Below, piece by piece: positions 18,315-25,799 of a DNA stretch of 28,573 nucleotides. The stretch is from a virus. Lineage: Duplodnaviria > Caudoviricetes. The notes below the pieces were generated by a model. That model saw only the letters and a program-made list of their open reading frames with translations. It was not told the origin of the DNA and ran no database searches. Position numbers and translations under genes: made by a program. The first letter of the stretch is position 1. Every line of letters starts with the position of its first letter. Location: positions 1 through 28,573 of IMG/VR virus record IMGVR_UViG_3300032373_001175; one strand, 5' to 3'.

Positions 18315-18812
18315 ATGACTCAACTTTCACCAACGCAACAACGCATCATCGACGATGCCATTAAAAACCCAGCCACCTGCATCACCGAATGCATGGGCCA
18401 TATCAAAAACCCGATGATCCGGCAAAAGAGCCTCGACTCTATGCTGGCAAAGGGCTTGCTTAACAAGCGCTTCACCGACATGGGCAAAGAAACCTACCTG
18501 CTATCCGATGCCGGGCTTGCAGCGGCAAGCAACGCACCGCAACGCGAGGCAACGCCAAGCAACACCCCGCAGCAGAATGCAACGCCGGGGGACGAGCCGA
18601 AGCGCGAAACCAAACAATCGATTATCATCGAGCTGCTTTCCCGCGAAAATGGCACCACGCTGGCAGAGTTAATCAAAGCCACGGAATGGAAACCACACTC
18701 GATACGCGGCCACCTCTCAAACCTACGCAAGAAGCGCGGACTGCCGATCGAAGCCTTTACCACCAGCGAAGGCGTGCGCGGCTACCGCCTCATTGAGGCT
18801 CAAGCCTCCTGA
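18315..18812 (+). CDS. DUF3489-like winged-helix protein
   Basis: AAGGAG RBS. The C-terminal TKQ..II.LL.R..G.T..EL..AT.W..HS.RG.LS...KK.GL...R.YR pattern is characteristic of DUF3489. It overlaps the MTase 3' end by 13 nt. Confidence 0.85.
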   Translation: MTQLSPTQQRIIDDAIKNPATCITECMGHIKNPMIRQKSLDSMLAKGLLNKRFTDMGKETYLLSDAGLAAASNAPQREATPSNTPQQNATPGDEPKRETKQSIIIELLSRENGTTLAELIKATEWKPHSIRGHLSNLRKKRGLPIEAFTTSEGVRGYRLIEAQAS

Positions 18813-20032
18813 CGCTTCGCAGCGATCTGCGCAAACGTCTTTTTTTCACCGGCCAGCTTCGCGTTGTTGCCGGTGAACTCTTCCCACCGTTTAACAATCA
18901 CATCACAAAATATCGGATCAAGCTCAATCAGCCGCGCCTGACGCTTCAGCTTCTCACACGCAATCATCGTCGTGCCAGAGCCACCAAATGAATCCAGCAC
19001 TATATCTTTAGTTTTACTCGAGTTTTCCACCGCCCGGCACACCAGCTCCACAGGCTTCATGGTCGGGTGCAAATCGTTGGTTCTTGGCTTATCATAATGC
19101 CACAGATCGCTTTGATCCCGCGCACCACACCAGAAATGTTTATTGCCATCCGGCCAGCCATAGAGGATAGGCTCATATTGCCGCTGATAATCGGCCCGGC
19201 CCATAGTAAAGTGGTTCTTACCCCAGATGATAAAGGTCGACCATTTGCCACCAGCATCATTGAACGCCGCGAATAGCGTATGCAGCTCGGACGAGCTCAT
19301 ACAGATGTAGAGCGCTCCTTTGCAAACCTTCACCATTTCACCGCAGGCATCGGTCAAGAACTGCTTAAACTCACCACCAAGATTATCATTTTTGATCTTA
19401 CGTGGTTTGCCGCGCAGATTATCCTTCATGGTTTGACCATAATCGACATTGTAAGGCGGGTCGGTAAACACCATGTCCGCCAGCTCATCGCCCATCAGCT
19501 TCTTCATCGTTTTTGCTTTGGTGCTATCGCCGCAGATCAGCTTATGATCACCTAGCAGCCACACATCGCCTTCTTTGCTAACCGGAGTTTCCGGTGCTTC
19601 TGGTACTTCGTCATCATCCGTGAGGCCATCCATCGCCGCGCCATCGAGCAGCTTCTCCAGCTCCACGGTTTCAAACCCGGTCAGATCTAAATCGAAGCCC
19701 AGCTCATCCAACTCGCCAAGCTCGATCGCCAGCAATTCCTCGTCCCACTCGGCATCCTCATGGGTGCGGTTGTCAGCCAGCCTGTAAGCCTTTATCTGCG
19801 CACTCGTGAGGCCAGTGGCTATATGTATGGGTATTTTCTTTAACCCCAGCGACTGTGCGGCCTGTAGGCGCGTGTGACCTGCAATGATAACCAGCTCCTC
19901 ATCCACTACAATGGGCTGGCGAAAACCATACTCCTTAATCGATGCCGCCACTTTGGTGATAGCGTTTTCGTTGCGGCGCGGGTTTCTCACATAAGGAACC
20001 ACCCGGCCAATATCAATCAGCTCTACTTTCAT
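18800..20032 (-). CDS. ParB-N-domain-fused N6A/N4C DNA methyltransferase (beta-class motif order)
   Basis: ParB-like PY.RNPR, SI.EYGF..PI, IIAGH.RL.AA and YRLADN; MTase motifs TDPPYN, HPTMKPV and DSFGGSGTT. Confidence 0.92.
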   Translation of the reverse strand: MKVELIDIGRVVPYVRNPRRNENAITKVAASIKEYGFRQPIVVDEELVIIAGHTRLQAAQSLGLKKIPIHIATGLTSAQIKAYRLADNRTHEDAEWDEELLAIELGELDELGFDLDLTGFETVELEKLLDGAAMDGLTDDDEVPEAPETPVSKEGDVWLLGDHKLICGDSTKAKTMKKLMGDELADMVFTDPPYNVDYGQTMKDNLRGKPRKIKNDNLGGEFKQFLTDACGEMVKVCKGALYICMSSSELHTLFAAFNDAGGKWSTFIIWGKNHFTMGRADYQRQYEPILYGWPDGNKHFWCGARDQSDLWHYDKPRTNDLHPTMKPVELVCRAVENSSKTKDIVLDSFGGSGTTMIACEKLKRQARLIELDPIFCDVIVKRWEEFTGNNAKLAGEKKTFAQIAAKRQEA

Positions 20033-20079
20033 GTTTTCTGCCTCTGTTTTGTTGATTAATTCTGTGCATACAAAACCTT

Positions 20080-20246
20080 AGCGAAATGGCTCCAAATAAG
20101 GCCATTTCGCTGTTTCGCATATTAAGTCTTTGATATGTAAAGGTTTGCAGCCCGCCCAAACGAAACGAAATGCTTTTCTAGAATTTGTGGCTAGTAAAAC
20201 GCCGCGCCCTCGGCGTACCCGCAGGGGGGACGGGCCGGGAGTACCT
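20080..20246 (-). other. Putative lambda-like cos packaging site (cosQ-cosN-cosB)
   Basis: Minus-strand order is AGGTACT (cosQ-like, 20246-20240), then CTGCGGGTACGCCGAGGGCGCGGCGTTTT (cosN-like), CGAAAY repeats, an exact IHF consensus TATCAAAGACTTA (20135-20123), and an 11 bp inverted repeat at 20080-20111. Confidence 0.65.
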
Positions 20247-20276
20247 TTTTGAATCCCACCGATTCACCCCAGCGGA

Positions 20277-20861
20277 TTAGCGCCGTTTGATCCTGTTGAT
20301 ATAGAAGTCGAGGTTGCGCCGGAACTCAATTGGGAAGCGCTCCAACACTTTCATTTGCATCACCTGGTCGTTTTCTCTTTGCTTGAACAACTGCATGATG
20401 CCGGGGCCGTACAGCATTTTAAGCGGCAGGCGTTTGCCACTCTTACGCATGTAAACCGTTGTCTTACTTGAGCCTCTCTTTCGCGGCGCGATGAACGCTT
20501 GGTTCAGCGTGCGTGTCTTGCCGTACACTTTGGCTCGCACCACACCACGTTTGCCACCGGGTTGTTGCGTTGGCTTCTTGCTGCCGATCACAAACTCAAT
20601 CAACTGCAGCGCACGATCGCGTGCCACCAGCGTTGCCCACAGCGTCTTGTGCGTGGCCTTGCGTGTTTCAATGCGGCGCTTCACAGCAGCCTGCCTGCTA
20701 TTCATTTGCGGTGCGATGTGTCTGGCGCTCGCCACCTTTGCACTGTTGGCCACACGGTTGAGGGTGCGCACTGTCGCCTGCGGTGCCACCTCACGTTCAA
20801 GCGAGTTTAAGCTCCGCATCAACTTTTTAAGGTCGTGCTGAATTGTAATATCAAAGGACAT
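20277..20861 (-). CDS. Basic gpZ-like minor tail / tail completion protein (194 aa)
   Basis: The start is re-called at ATG 20861 (AGGAG RBS). It has RTLNR.A, GV.A.V, AFIA and RLPL..LYGP motifs typical of lambda gpZ-like proteins. Confidence 0.75.
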   Translation of the reverse strand: MSFDITIQHDLKKLMRSLNSLEREVAPQATVRTLNRVANSAKVASARHIAPQMNSRQAAVKRRIETRKATHKTLWATLVARDRALQLIEFVIGSKKPTQQPGGKRGVVRAKVYGKTRTLNQAFIAPRKRGSSKTTVYMRKSGKRLPLKMLYGPGIMQLFKQRENDQVMQMKVLERFPIEFRRNLDFYINRIKRR

Positions 20862-20906
20862 AAAATATCTCCTAGTAAGATTAAGATTTTGCGATATATT
20901 CTTCAT

Positions 20907-21848
20907 ATGAGAGCCACAGGAAGAGACATCGTAGAACTTTTTGGATACCGACCGGATGACACCAGTCGGGAAGCAGTTAGTGCCTTTCAAAATGCGCTTT
21001 GTCCCTTTACGAACAGCACTTGCACGAAAACCAATCACGATCAGAGTGTTACTTACGGTACTTGTTCTGTTTCAAACGGCGTAAACAAAGCCAATGGCTC
21101 AGAAATAATCATTTGCCCAAAGAGGCTATATGCTCGCAAGCATGCATTGTTTTCTCATGTACTAGAGTCTGTATGGCCAGATCGTTCTAAAGATTTAATT
21201 TCTGGTGGCACACTTCAAGAACTCAAAGATCGTGCATCAGCGGCAAAAAATCCAGTCATCGCATTTGGTCAAGGCTCTGGCAAAGAGATTCAAGTTAAAG
21301 CTAATGGCCAATTGAGCATGGATTGGGTGTTACAATCATATGAAAATGTTAACAACCAACTTAAACCACAGCAATTTGTAGGCATCGAAGTCCAGAGTAT
21401 CGATATAACAGGCAATTACCGCGACAATTGGAATGCTTATCGTAAAATCAAAGAAGGTGAAAATCTCACCGACATACCGAAATCAGGGCATGGCCTAAAT
21501 TGGGCAAATGTTCATAAACGGCTTATTCCACAGATCATCCGTAAAGGGAATATTTATGAAAAGATTGAGCGTTGCGTAGGCTTTTTCTTTATTGTTCCTG
21601 ACTCTGTCTATCAAAAATTTGAAGAAGTTATTGGTGATGTGCCGCATGCAAGTGGCCCAAGCAGAGAGAATCTTTCTGTAATAACTTTTCGTCTAGGTGA
21701 AGAGGTTCAAGATGGAGAACACCGTAACCTAGAGCTTGTTCGTCAGGTGCATCACCCAATTAATGATATTGCGGCTGCTTTTATAGCGAATCTTTCTGAA
21801 GATGCTCCATCAGCCTTAGATAACAGTTTACGCAGTATCTTCGACTAA
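20907..21848 (+). CDS. NotI-family type II restriction endonuclease
   Basis: N-terminal four-Cys cluster CPF....C.K, GTCSV and IICPKR (the NotI metal-binding fold), nuclease core MDWVL...GIEVQSID.TG and NW....KRL.PQ...KG. It is adjacent to a C5 MTase; the start is re-called at ATG 20907. Confidence 0.85.
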   Translation: MRATGRDIVELFGYRPDDTSREAVSAFQNALCPFTNSTCTKTNHDQSVTYGTCSVSNGVNKANGSEIIICPKRLYARKHALFSHVLESVWPDRSKDLISGGTLQELKDRASAAKNPVIAFGQGSGKEIQVKANGQLSMDWVLQSYENVNNQLKPQQFVGIEVQSIDITGNYRDNWNAYRKIKEGENLTDIPKSGHGLNWANVHKRLIPQIIRKGNIYEKIERCVGFFFIVPDSVYQKFEEVIGDVPHASGPSRENLSVITFRLGEEVQDGEHRNLELVRQVHHPINDIAAAFIANLSEDAPSALDNSLRSIFD

Positions 21849-23102
21849 AATTCTTTCATTAAGCGACAACGGCATTTGTGGAACATGCCATATATGCTTG
21901 TTTTCTTCGATAGCAGAATCATTATCTAAATATGCGAATATAGACCTACCTATTTCAGCTGCAAGAGCTGGTGGAACTGCGTTGCCGACTTGCTCATATT
22001 GTTCAGTTAGTGATCCATAAAAACGAAACTTGTCTGGAAAAGACTGTATTCTCGCAGCTTCCCTAACACTGATAATTCTATCTTGCTCATAATGAATATA
22101 TGTTCCCCAGTGAGGATCACACTTAGTTAGTATGGTGCTACCAATACCATTAGGGTCTAATCGGCCATAGCGTTTCGTATGATCTGATCGCCGTGCGCGT
22201 TTCATTCCCTCTGGGAGAAGGTCATATGGTATATCGCGCCACGACCCACCTGGAGGTATATGAGGCAATCTATCTAAGTTTGCTTTGCCCAATCCAGCAC
22301 TTTTATGATTATACAAGGTTTGCGAGTTACCTCGCAAGCTCTTCTGAAACTTCGTCTGGGCATTTTTTGTATAAGACATGACATCATCCCCACCACCATT
22401 CTCGATAACTGGCAGGTCACTTATCGCTTGTGTAACAGTCACATTTTTGGGCAAGTAATCTAATTTCTTTGCATCAACAATAATACTATGGCCTAGGTGT
22501 TTTGTTGAAAAGTTTGCTCGCCCCATAGCAAAATGAGTTGGAACGGGATACATATCTGTGGGATCAACATCTATCCTATTTGCAATAAAAATTGTCCGCC
22601 AGCGCATCTGCGGAACACCATAATGTGCAGCGTATAAAATCTTTACAGTAGCGTCATATCCAAGCTGCTTTAAGCTGTTAAGTATAGAAGCGACTGTCTT
22701 ACCTTTCTCAAATGAAAGCATGCCAGGAACATTTTCAATCAAGACAACTTTAGGGCTAAAAGCCTCTACGAATTTAAGAAAATCTAAAAATAAATGATTT
22801 CGTTCATCGTCTGTCGATCGTGTCGGAGCATTAACACTAAATCCTTGGCAGGGAGGGCCTCCCGCTAAGATATCTAGCTCGCCACTTGCAATATTTAATC
22901 GTTTTCTAATTTGATTTGCATCTAAAGAGCGTATGTCAGCAGTTTCAATCTCTGAGTCAGAATGATTTCTTTTAAGTGTTTCTGAATAAGCTGGTGAAAT
23001 CTCATTTGCAAAAATGCTCGTAAAGCCTGACTGCCTAAGCCCCTCTGTAAGGCCACCGGCTCCAGCAAATAAGTCTATACACGTTTTTTCCTTAGATTTC
23101 AT
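21828..23102 (-). CDS. DNA (cytosine-5) methyltransferase, cognate MTase of the R-M pair
   Basis: Motif I DLFAGAGG, IV GGPPCQGFS, VI ENV, VIII Q.R.R, IX REAARIQSFPD and X QVGNAVP. It overlaps the endonuclease convergently by 21 nt. Confidence 0.95.
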   Translation of the reverse strand: MKSKEKTCIDLFAGAGGLTEGLRQSGFTSIFANEISPAYSETLKRNHSDSEIETADIRSLDANQIRKRLNIASGELDILAGGPPCQGFSVNAPTRSTDDERNHLFLDFLKFVEAFSPKVVLIENVPGMLSFEKGKTVASILNSLKQLGYDATVKILYAAHYGVPQMRWRTIFIANRIDVDPTDMYPVPTHFAMGRANFSTKHLGHSIIVDAKKLDYLPKNVTVTQAISDLPVIENGGGDDVMSYTKNAQTKFQKSLRGNSQTLYNHKSAGLGKANLDRLPHIPPGGSWRDIPYDLLPEGMKRARRSDHTKRYGRLDPNGIGSTILTKCDPHWGTYIHYEQDRIISVREAARIQSFPDKFRFYGSLTEQYEQVGNAVPPALAAEIGRSIFAYLDNDSAIEENKHIWHVPQMPLSLNERILVEDTA

Positions 23103-23141
23103 ATCCTTAAAAATACTTTGTTCTCAGTTTCAGATATTAAG

Positions 23142-23170
23142 AGGATACTCAATATCTTCTTAATAGTAAA
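23142..23170 (-). promoter_or_regulatory. Putative sigma70-type promoter for the C5 MTase
   Basis: TTTACT-N17-TATCCT, about 40 nt upstream of the ATG and overlapped by inverted repeats. Confidence 0.5.
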
Positions 23171-23191
23171 CGTAATCCATTCACTTTCTTA

Positions 23192-23290
23192 TCAAGCAGC
23201 CAACCGTTGCTCACGGGCATTGAGTATCACCGCCCAGTCTTGTAATTGCTCGACTAATTGGTTCGAACTATCTAAGAGAGTGTCCACCAA
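23192..23290 (-). pseudogene. Orphan 32-codon C-terminal fragment ending in LAA, probably cut from its gene by integration
   Basis: It reads LVDTLLDSSNQLVEQLQDWAVILNAREQRLAA-stop. It has no RBS, has an in-frame stop 8 codons upstream, and begins inside the tRNA-like junction. Confidence 0.45.
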
Positions 23291-23295
23291 ATTTT
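23256..23295 (+). other. Putative att junction containing a tRNA-like 3' end
   Basis: TTGGTTCGAACTATCTAAGAGAGTGTCCACCAA contains a T-loop-like GGTTCGAA, an acceptor-like ...GTGTCCA-CCA end and imperfect TTGGT/ACCAA symmetry. It lies at the border between two mobile blocks. Confidence 0.5.
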
Positions 23296-23470
23296 CTCGT
23301 TGTTTTTCAGTGCGTTAGGTAACTTTTGGTGTACCGCGCTGTTAGCGCCACTCACGGCTATGGGGAGTCTTCTTCTCAACATCATGACCTGTATATTATT
23401 GTAATTATTAGGTAAAATCTATCAAAGACATCAGCAGGAAATTCCCGCCGACCTCATCAGGGTTTTGCGC

Positions 23471-23496
23471 AATAAAAAAGCCAGATAATCTGGCTT
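23471..23496 (-). terminator. Intrinsic terminator after the recombinase
   Basis: The minus strand reads AAGCCAGA-TTA-TCTGGCTT followed by TTTTATT. Confidence 0.75.
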
Positions 23497-23528
23497 CAGC
23501 TTTTGTAGTGCGGTGATGGTTAAATTGG

Positions 23529-25247
23529 TTACTGTGTGAGAAGTAACTTCTCTTGCTCCCGCCAATTCCACGCATTGCAGGCGATTAGTTGCTCGATATT
23601 TATTTGGTTTGGATTATCATTTGAAGTAATTTGCTTGATAATTTTTGGGGAGAGGAATTTTAATTTCAGGGCGCGTTTTACATATTCTGTATTGTGTCCA
23701 TCAATCGCAGCGATTTCTTTGTGGGTTTTGTAAACTCTATCTTCAATCTGCTTATGCCAATAAAAGGATTTTGCTAGCATGGAAAAAGTTTTGTCATTTG
23801 AGTGGCTGTACTCTGAGCTGAATTTTTCTTCTGATTTCTGGCCATCTCCTGTAATGATTTGTAGTTGTCCGCTAACTTTTTTATATTGCGCTGGAATGTT
23901 CAATTTGATTTTTAGGCAAGATTCTGTTGCAGAAATCTCTGCATTATATTGCTGCAAAATATTTTTAATTTCTTGTGTAGGGTCATTGCCTAAATTTTTT
24001 CCTTCCAAATCCAAATTAAGGTCTAATTTCATATGTTGTGGGAATAAAGTTATCTTTTCTAAGAATTCAATTGGCGTTGTAACTAGCTGTTTTAACGGTC
24101 TTAATAGTGTGAATGATAGCTCATGATTTGCAGATTTTACGATGGAATCTATCAGTGTTTTTAGCAAGGCCATAATTGCTTTGGTAATAATATCGTCAAT
24201 ATAATCAGCGCGGATGCGTTTGAAATCCGATATCGTTTTGCCTTTTACAGAAATCTCTCGATTAATGTAATAACGCATTTTGTATCGGCCTGCGGCAGAG
24301 TATTTGTAGGAATAGGTCGGGCTGAGACGGTAGCCGAGATAGTCGTAGATTTTACCAGTCAGTTTAGGCTGTTCAGATGTCTTACTGGGATTGAGGGTAA
24401 ACTCCTTCTTGGTGATTTTATTGTGAACTTTATGCCATAATTCATCATCAATAATAGCCGCATGCTCCCCGTCATAAACCTCGTTCTTATGCTTCATTTT
24501 GCCGTTGTAGAGCGGATTATTAAGAATGTTATAAATCTGGTTCAGGTTAAATTCTTTACCGATGATCTGATTGCCCTTTTTGCTGGTATATAACTTCCCC
24601 TTATATCCTTTGGTTTTCAGTATATCTAATAGCTTATAGAGTGGTTCACCTGCTGGGTTTTTAGCGTAATATTCAAAAATAAACTGGATAATCTGTGCCT
24701 CATCCTCATTCACAATGAGTTTACGATCTTTAACATCATAACCAAGCGGTTGTGGACCGCCCATCCACATGCCTTTCTTCTTAGATGCAGCGAATTTATC
24801 GCGGATTCTCTCGCCCGTCACTTCACGCTCAAATTGGGCAAAGGAGAGCAATACATTCAGCGTCAGTCGTCCCATTGAAGTTGTCGTATTAAAAGCCTGC
24901 GTCACCGACACAAAAGATACCGAATTTGCATCAAATATCTCCACCATTTTAGCAAAATCACTGAGTGCACGGGAAAGGCGGTCTACCTTGTACACTACAA
25001 CAATATCAATCTTCCCCACCTCAATATCGGCGAGCAATTTCTTGAGTGCTGGGCGCTCCATATTTCCACCGCTATAGGCAGCGTCATCGTATGGTGTTGA
25101 AATAACCTGCCAGCCTTCATGTTTTTGGCTGGTGATATAGGATTTCCCTGCTTCACGCTGAGCATCCAGCGAATTGAACTCTTGCTCCAACCCTTCCTCA
25201 GTAGATTTTCGGGTATAAATTGCACAGCGTATAGTTTTCTTTTTCAT
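23529..25247 (-). CDS. Large serine recombinase (integrase)
   Basis: CAIYTRKST (catalytic Ser), NSLDAQRE, SGG.MERPAL, DRLSR, FAQFERE and P.GY, followed by a recombinase domain; 572 aa. Confidence 0.95.
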   Translation of the reverse strand: MKKKTIRCAIYTRKSTEEGLEQEFNSLDAQREAGKSYITSQKHEGWQVISTPYDDAAYSGGNMERPALKKLLADIEVGKIDIVVVYKVDRLSRALSDFAKMVEIFDANSVSFVSVTQAFNTTTSMGRLTLNVLLSFAQFEREVTGERIRDKFAASKKKGMWMGGPQPLGYDVKDRKLIVNEDEAQIIQFIFEYYAKNPAGEPLYKLLDILKTKGYKGKLYTSKKGNQIIGKEFNLNQIYNILNNPLYNGKMKHKNEVYDGEHAAIIDDELWHKVHNKITKKEFTLNPSKTSEQPKLTGKIYDYLGYRLSPTYSYKYSAAGRYKMRYYINREISVKGKTISDFKRIRADYIDDIITKAIMALLKTLIDSIVKSANHELSFTLLRPLKQLVTTPIEFLEKITLFPQHMKLDLNLDLEGKNLGNDPTQEIKNILQQYNAEISATESCLKIKLNIPAQYKKVSGQLQIITGDGQKSEEKFSSEYSHSNDKTFSMLAKSFYWHKQIEDRVYKTHKEIAAIDGHNTEYVKRALKLKFLSPKIIKQITSNDNPNQINIEQLIACNAWNWREQEKLLLTQ

Positions 25248-25729
25248 ATCACCGGCACCCTTGCTTTTGGTTTGCGGAGGCCGAAGAATATAGGGCCAGA
25301 AACTGCATATCCTGCAATTTCTTTGGCTAATTTTGAGAGACTTTTATAATACTGATTCTTATGCTCAAAACCATCTGTTAAAATTTTGACCTCAAGCTGC
25401 TTTCCCTTCCAATTTTTAACCAGAACAGAGCCTGCACATGGCATATTATAATCAATCGCCTTTTTTCGCTTATCAGGCTTCTTAACAAGCGTTTTACCAA
25501 TATTTTCCAAGCTGGCTTGTGTTTTTGGGTCGACATTGCCAAACAACCCCTCCTGTATGATATATAAATTCTGCCTTTCTACGCGGGATAAGGGGCCACA
25601 ATTATCTGCATATAATTCTTTTGCCCGTTTATAAAGCTGTTGTAGCTGTTTCTTATCCAGTTTTCGTAATTCATCAGAATTAAGATTTTTGATCCCTTTT
25701 TTTAAATCTACATTTTTAATCTCTGCCAT
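25244..25729 (-). CDS. DUF2924-like protein
   Basis: G..LVK.W.G....V.....GF......YKSLS..A.EI.G...SGP.FFGL is the DUF2924 pattern. It has an ATGA overlap with the recombinase; the start is re-called at ATG 25729 (GGAG RBS). Confidence 0.8.
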   Translation of the reverse strand: MAEIKNVDLKKGIKNLNSDELRKLDKKQLQQLYKRAKELYADNCGPLSRVERQNLYIIQEGLFGNVDPKTQASLENIGKTLVKKPDKRKKAIDYNMPCAGSVLVKNWKGKQLEVKILTDGFEHKNQYYKSLSKLAKEIAGYAVSGPIFFGLRKPKARVPVI

Positions 25730-25759
25730 AAAGCGCTCCGTAATTATATTAACAACCAC

Positions 25760-25788
25760 AGTAACGCTCTGTTATAAGGGTAAGTCCA
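25760..25788 (-). promoter_or_regulatory. Putative promoter for the DUF2924-recombinase pair
   Basis: TGGACT-N17-GTTACT, resembling the motif at 18240-18268. Confidence 0.4.
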
Positions 25789-25799
25789 GTAGAAAGAAG

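Larger units (their letters stand above)
271..23280 (-). mobile_element. Prophage late region (packaging, head, tail, lysis) plus R-M cargo; left boundary not in the window, right boundary at a putative att near 23260-23290
   Basis: Contiguous, co-oriented, translationally coupled siphovirus morphogenesis genes and a cos-like site. The right boundary is inferred from the tRNA-like junction. Confidence 0.8.

Noticed and set aside
20080-20111. Intrinsic terminator at the 11 bp inverted repeat
   Set aside because: It has a 10 nt loop and no proper U-tract on the coding strand. Its arms are copies of the CGAAAY motif, so a protein-binding site fits better.
373-20841. Numerous 60-210 aa alternative-frame and antisense ORFs inside phage genes (for example 4948-5505, 8822-9364, 12658-13281)
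   Set aside because: They are shadows of well-supported genes in GC-rich DNA, with no recognisable motifs or RBS.
271-20861. Canonical RcGTA-like gene transfer agent
   Set aside because: Only the baseplate genes are GTA-like. The head and packaging genes are lambda-type with a cos-like site, and lysis genes, MTases and an att-like junction are linked.
20862-21038. N-terminal extensions of the gpZ-like ORF (to 21038) and the endonuclease ORF (from 20835), implying a head-to-head overlap
   Set aside because: A good SD supports ATG 20861 and family-like sequence starts at ATG 20907, so the extensions look like longest-ORF artefacts.
23220-23290. Intact tRNA or tmRNA gene
   Set aside because: GGTTCGAA and CCACCA are present, but the spacing is too long, the T-stem does not pair, and no matching 5' acceptor strand, D-arm or anticodon arm is visible. 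It is kept only as an att-like remnant.
23118-23318. 66 aa plus-strand ORF as an R-M controller (C) protein
   Set aside because: It has a TTG start without an SD, no HTH pattern, and it crosses the MTase promoter and the att-like junction.
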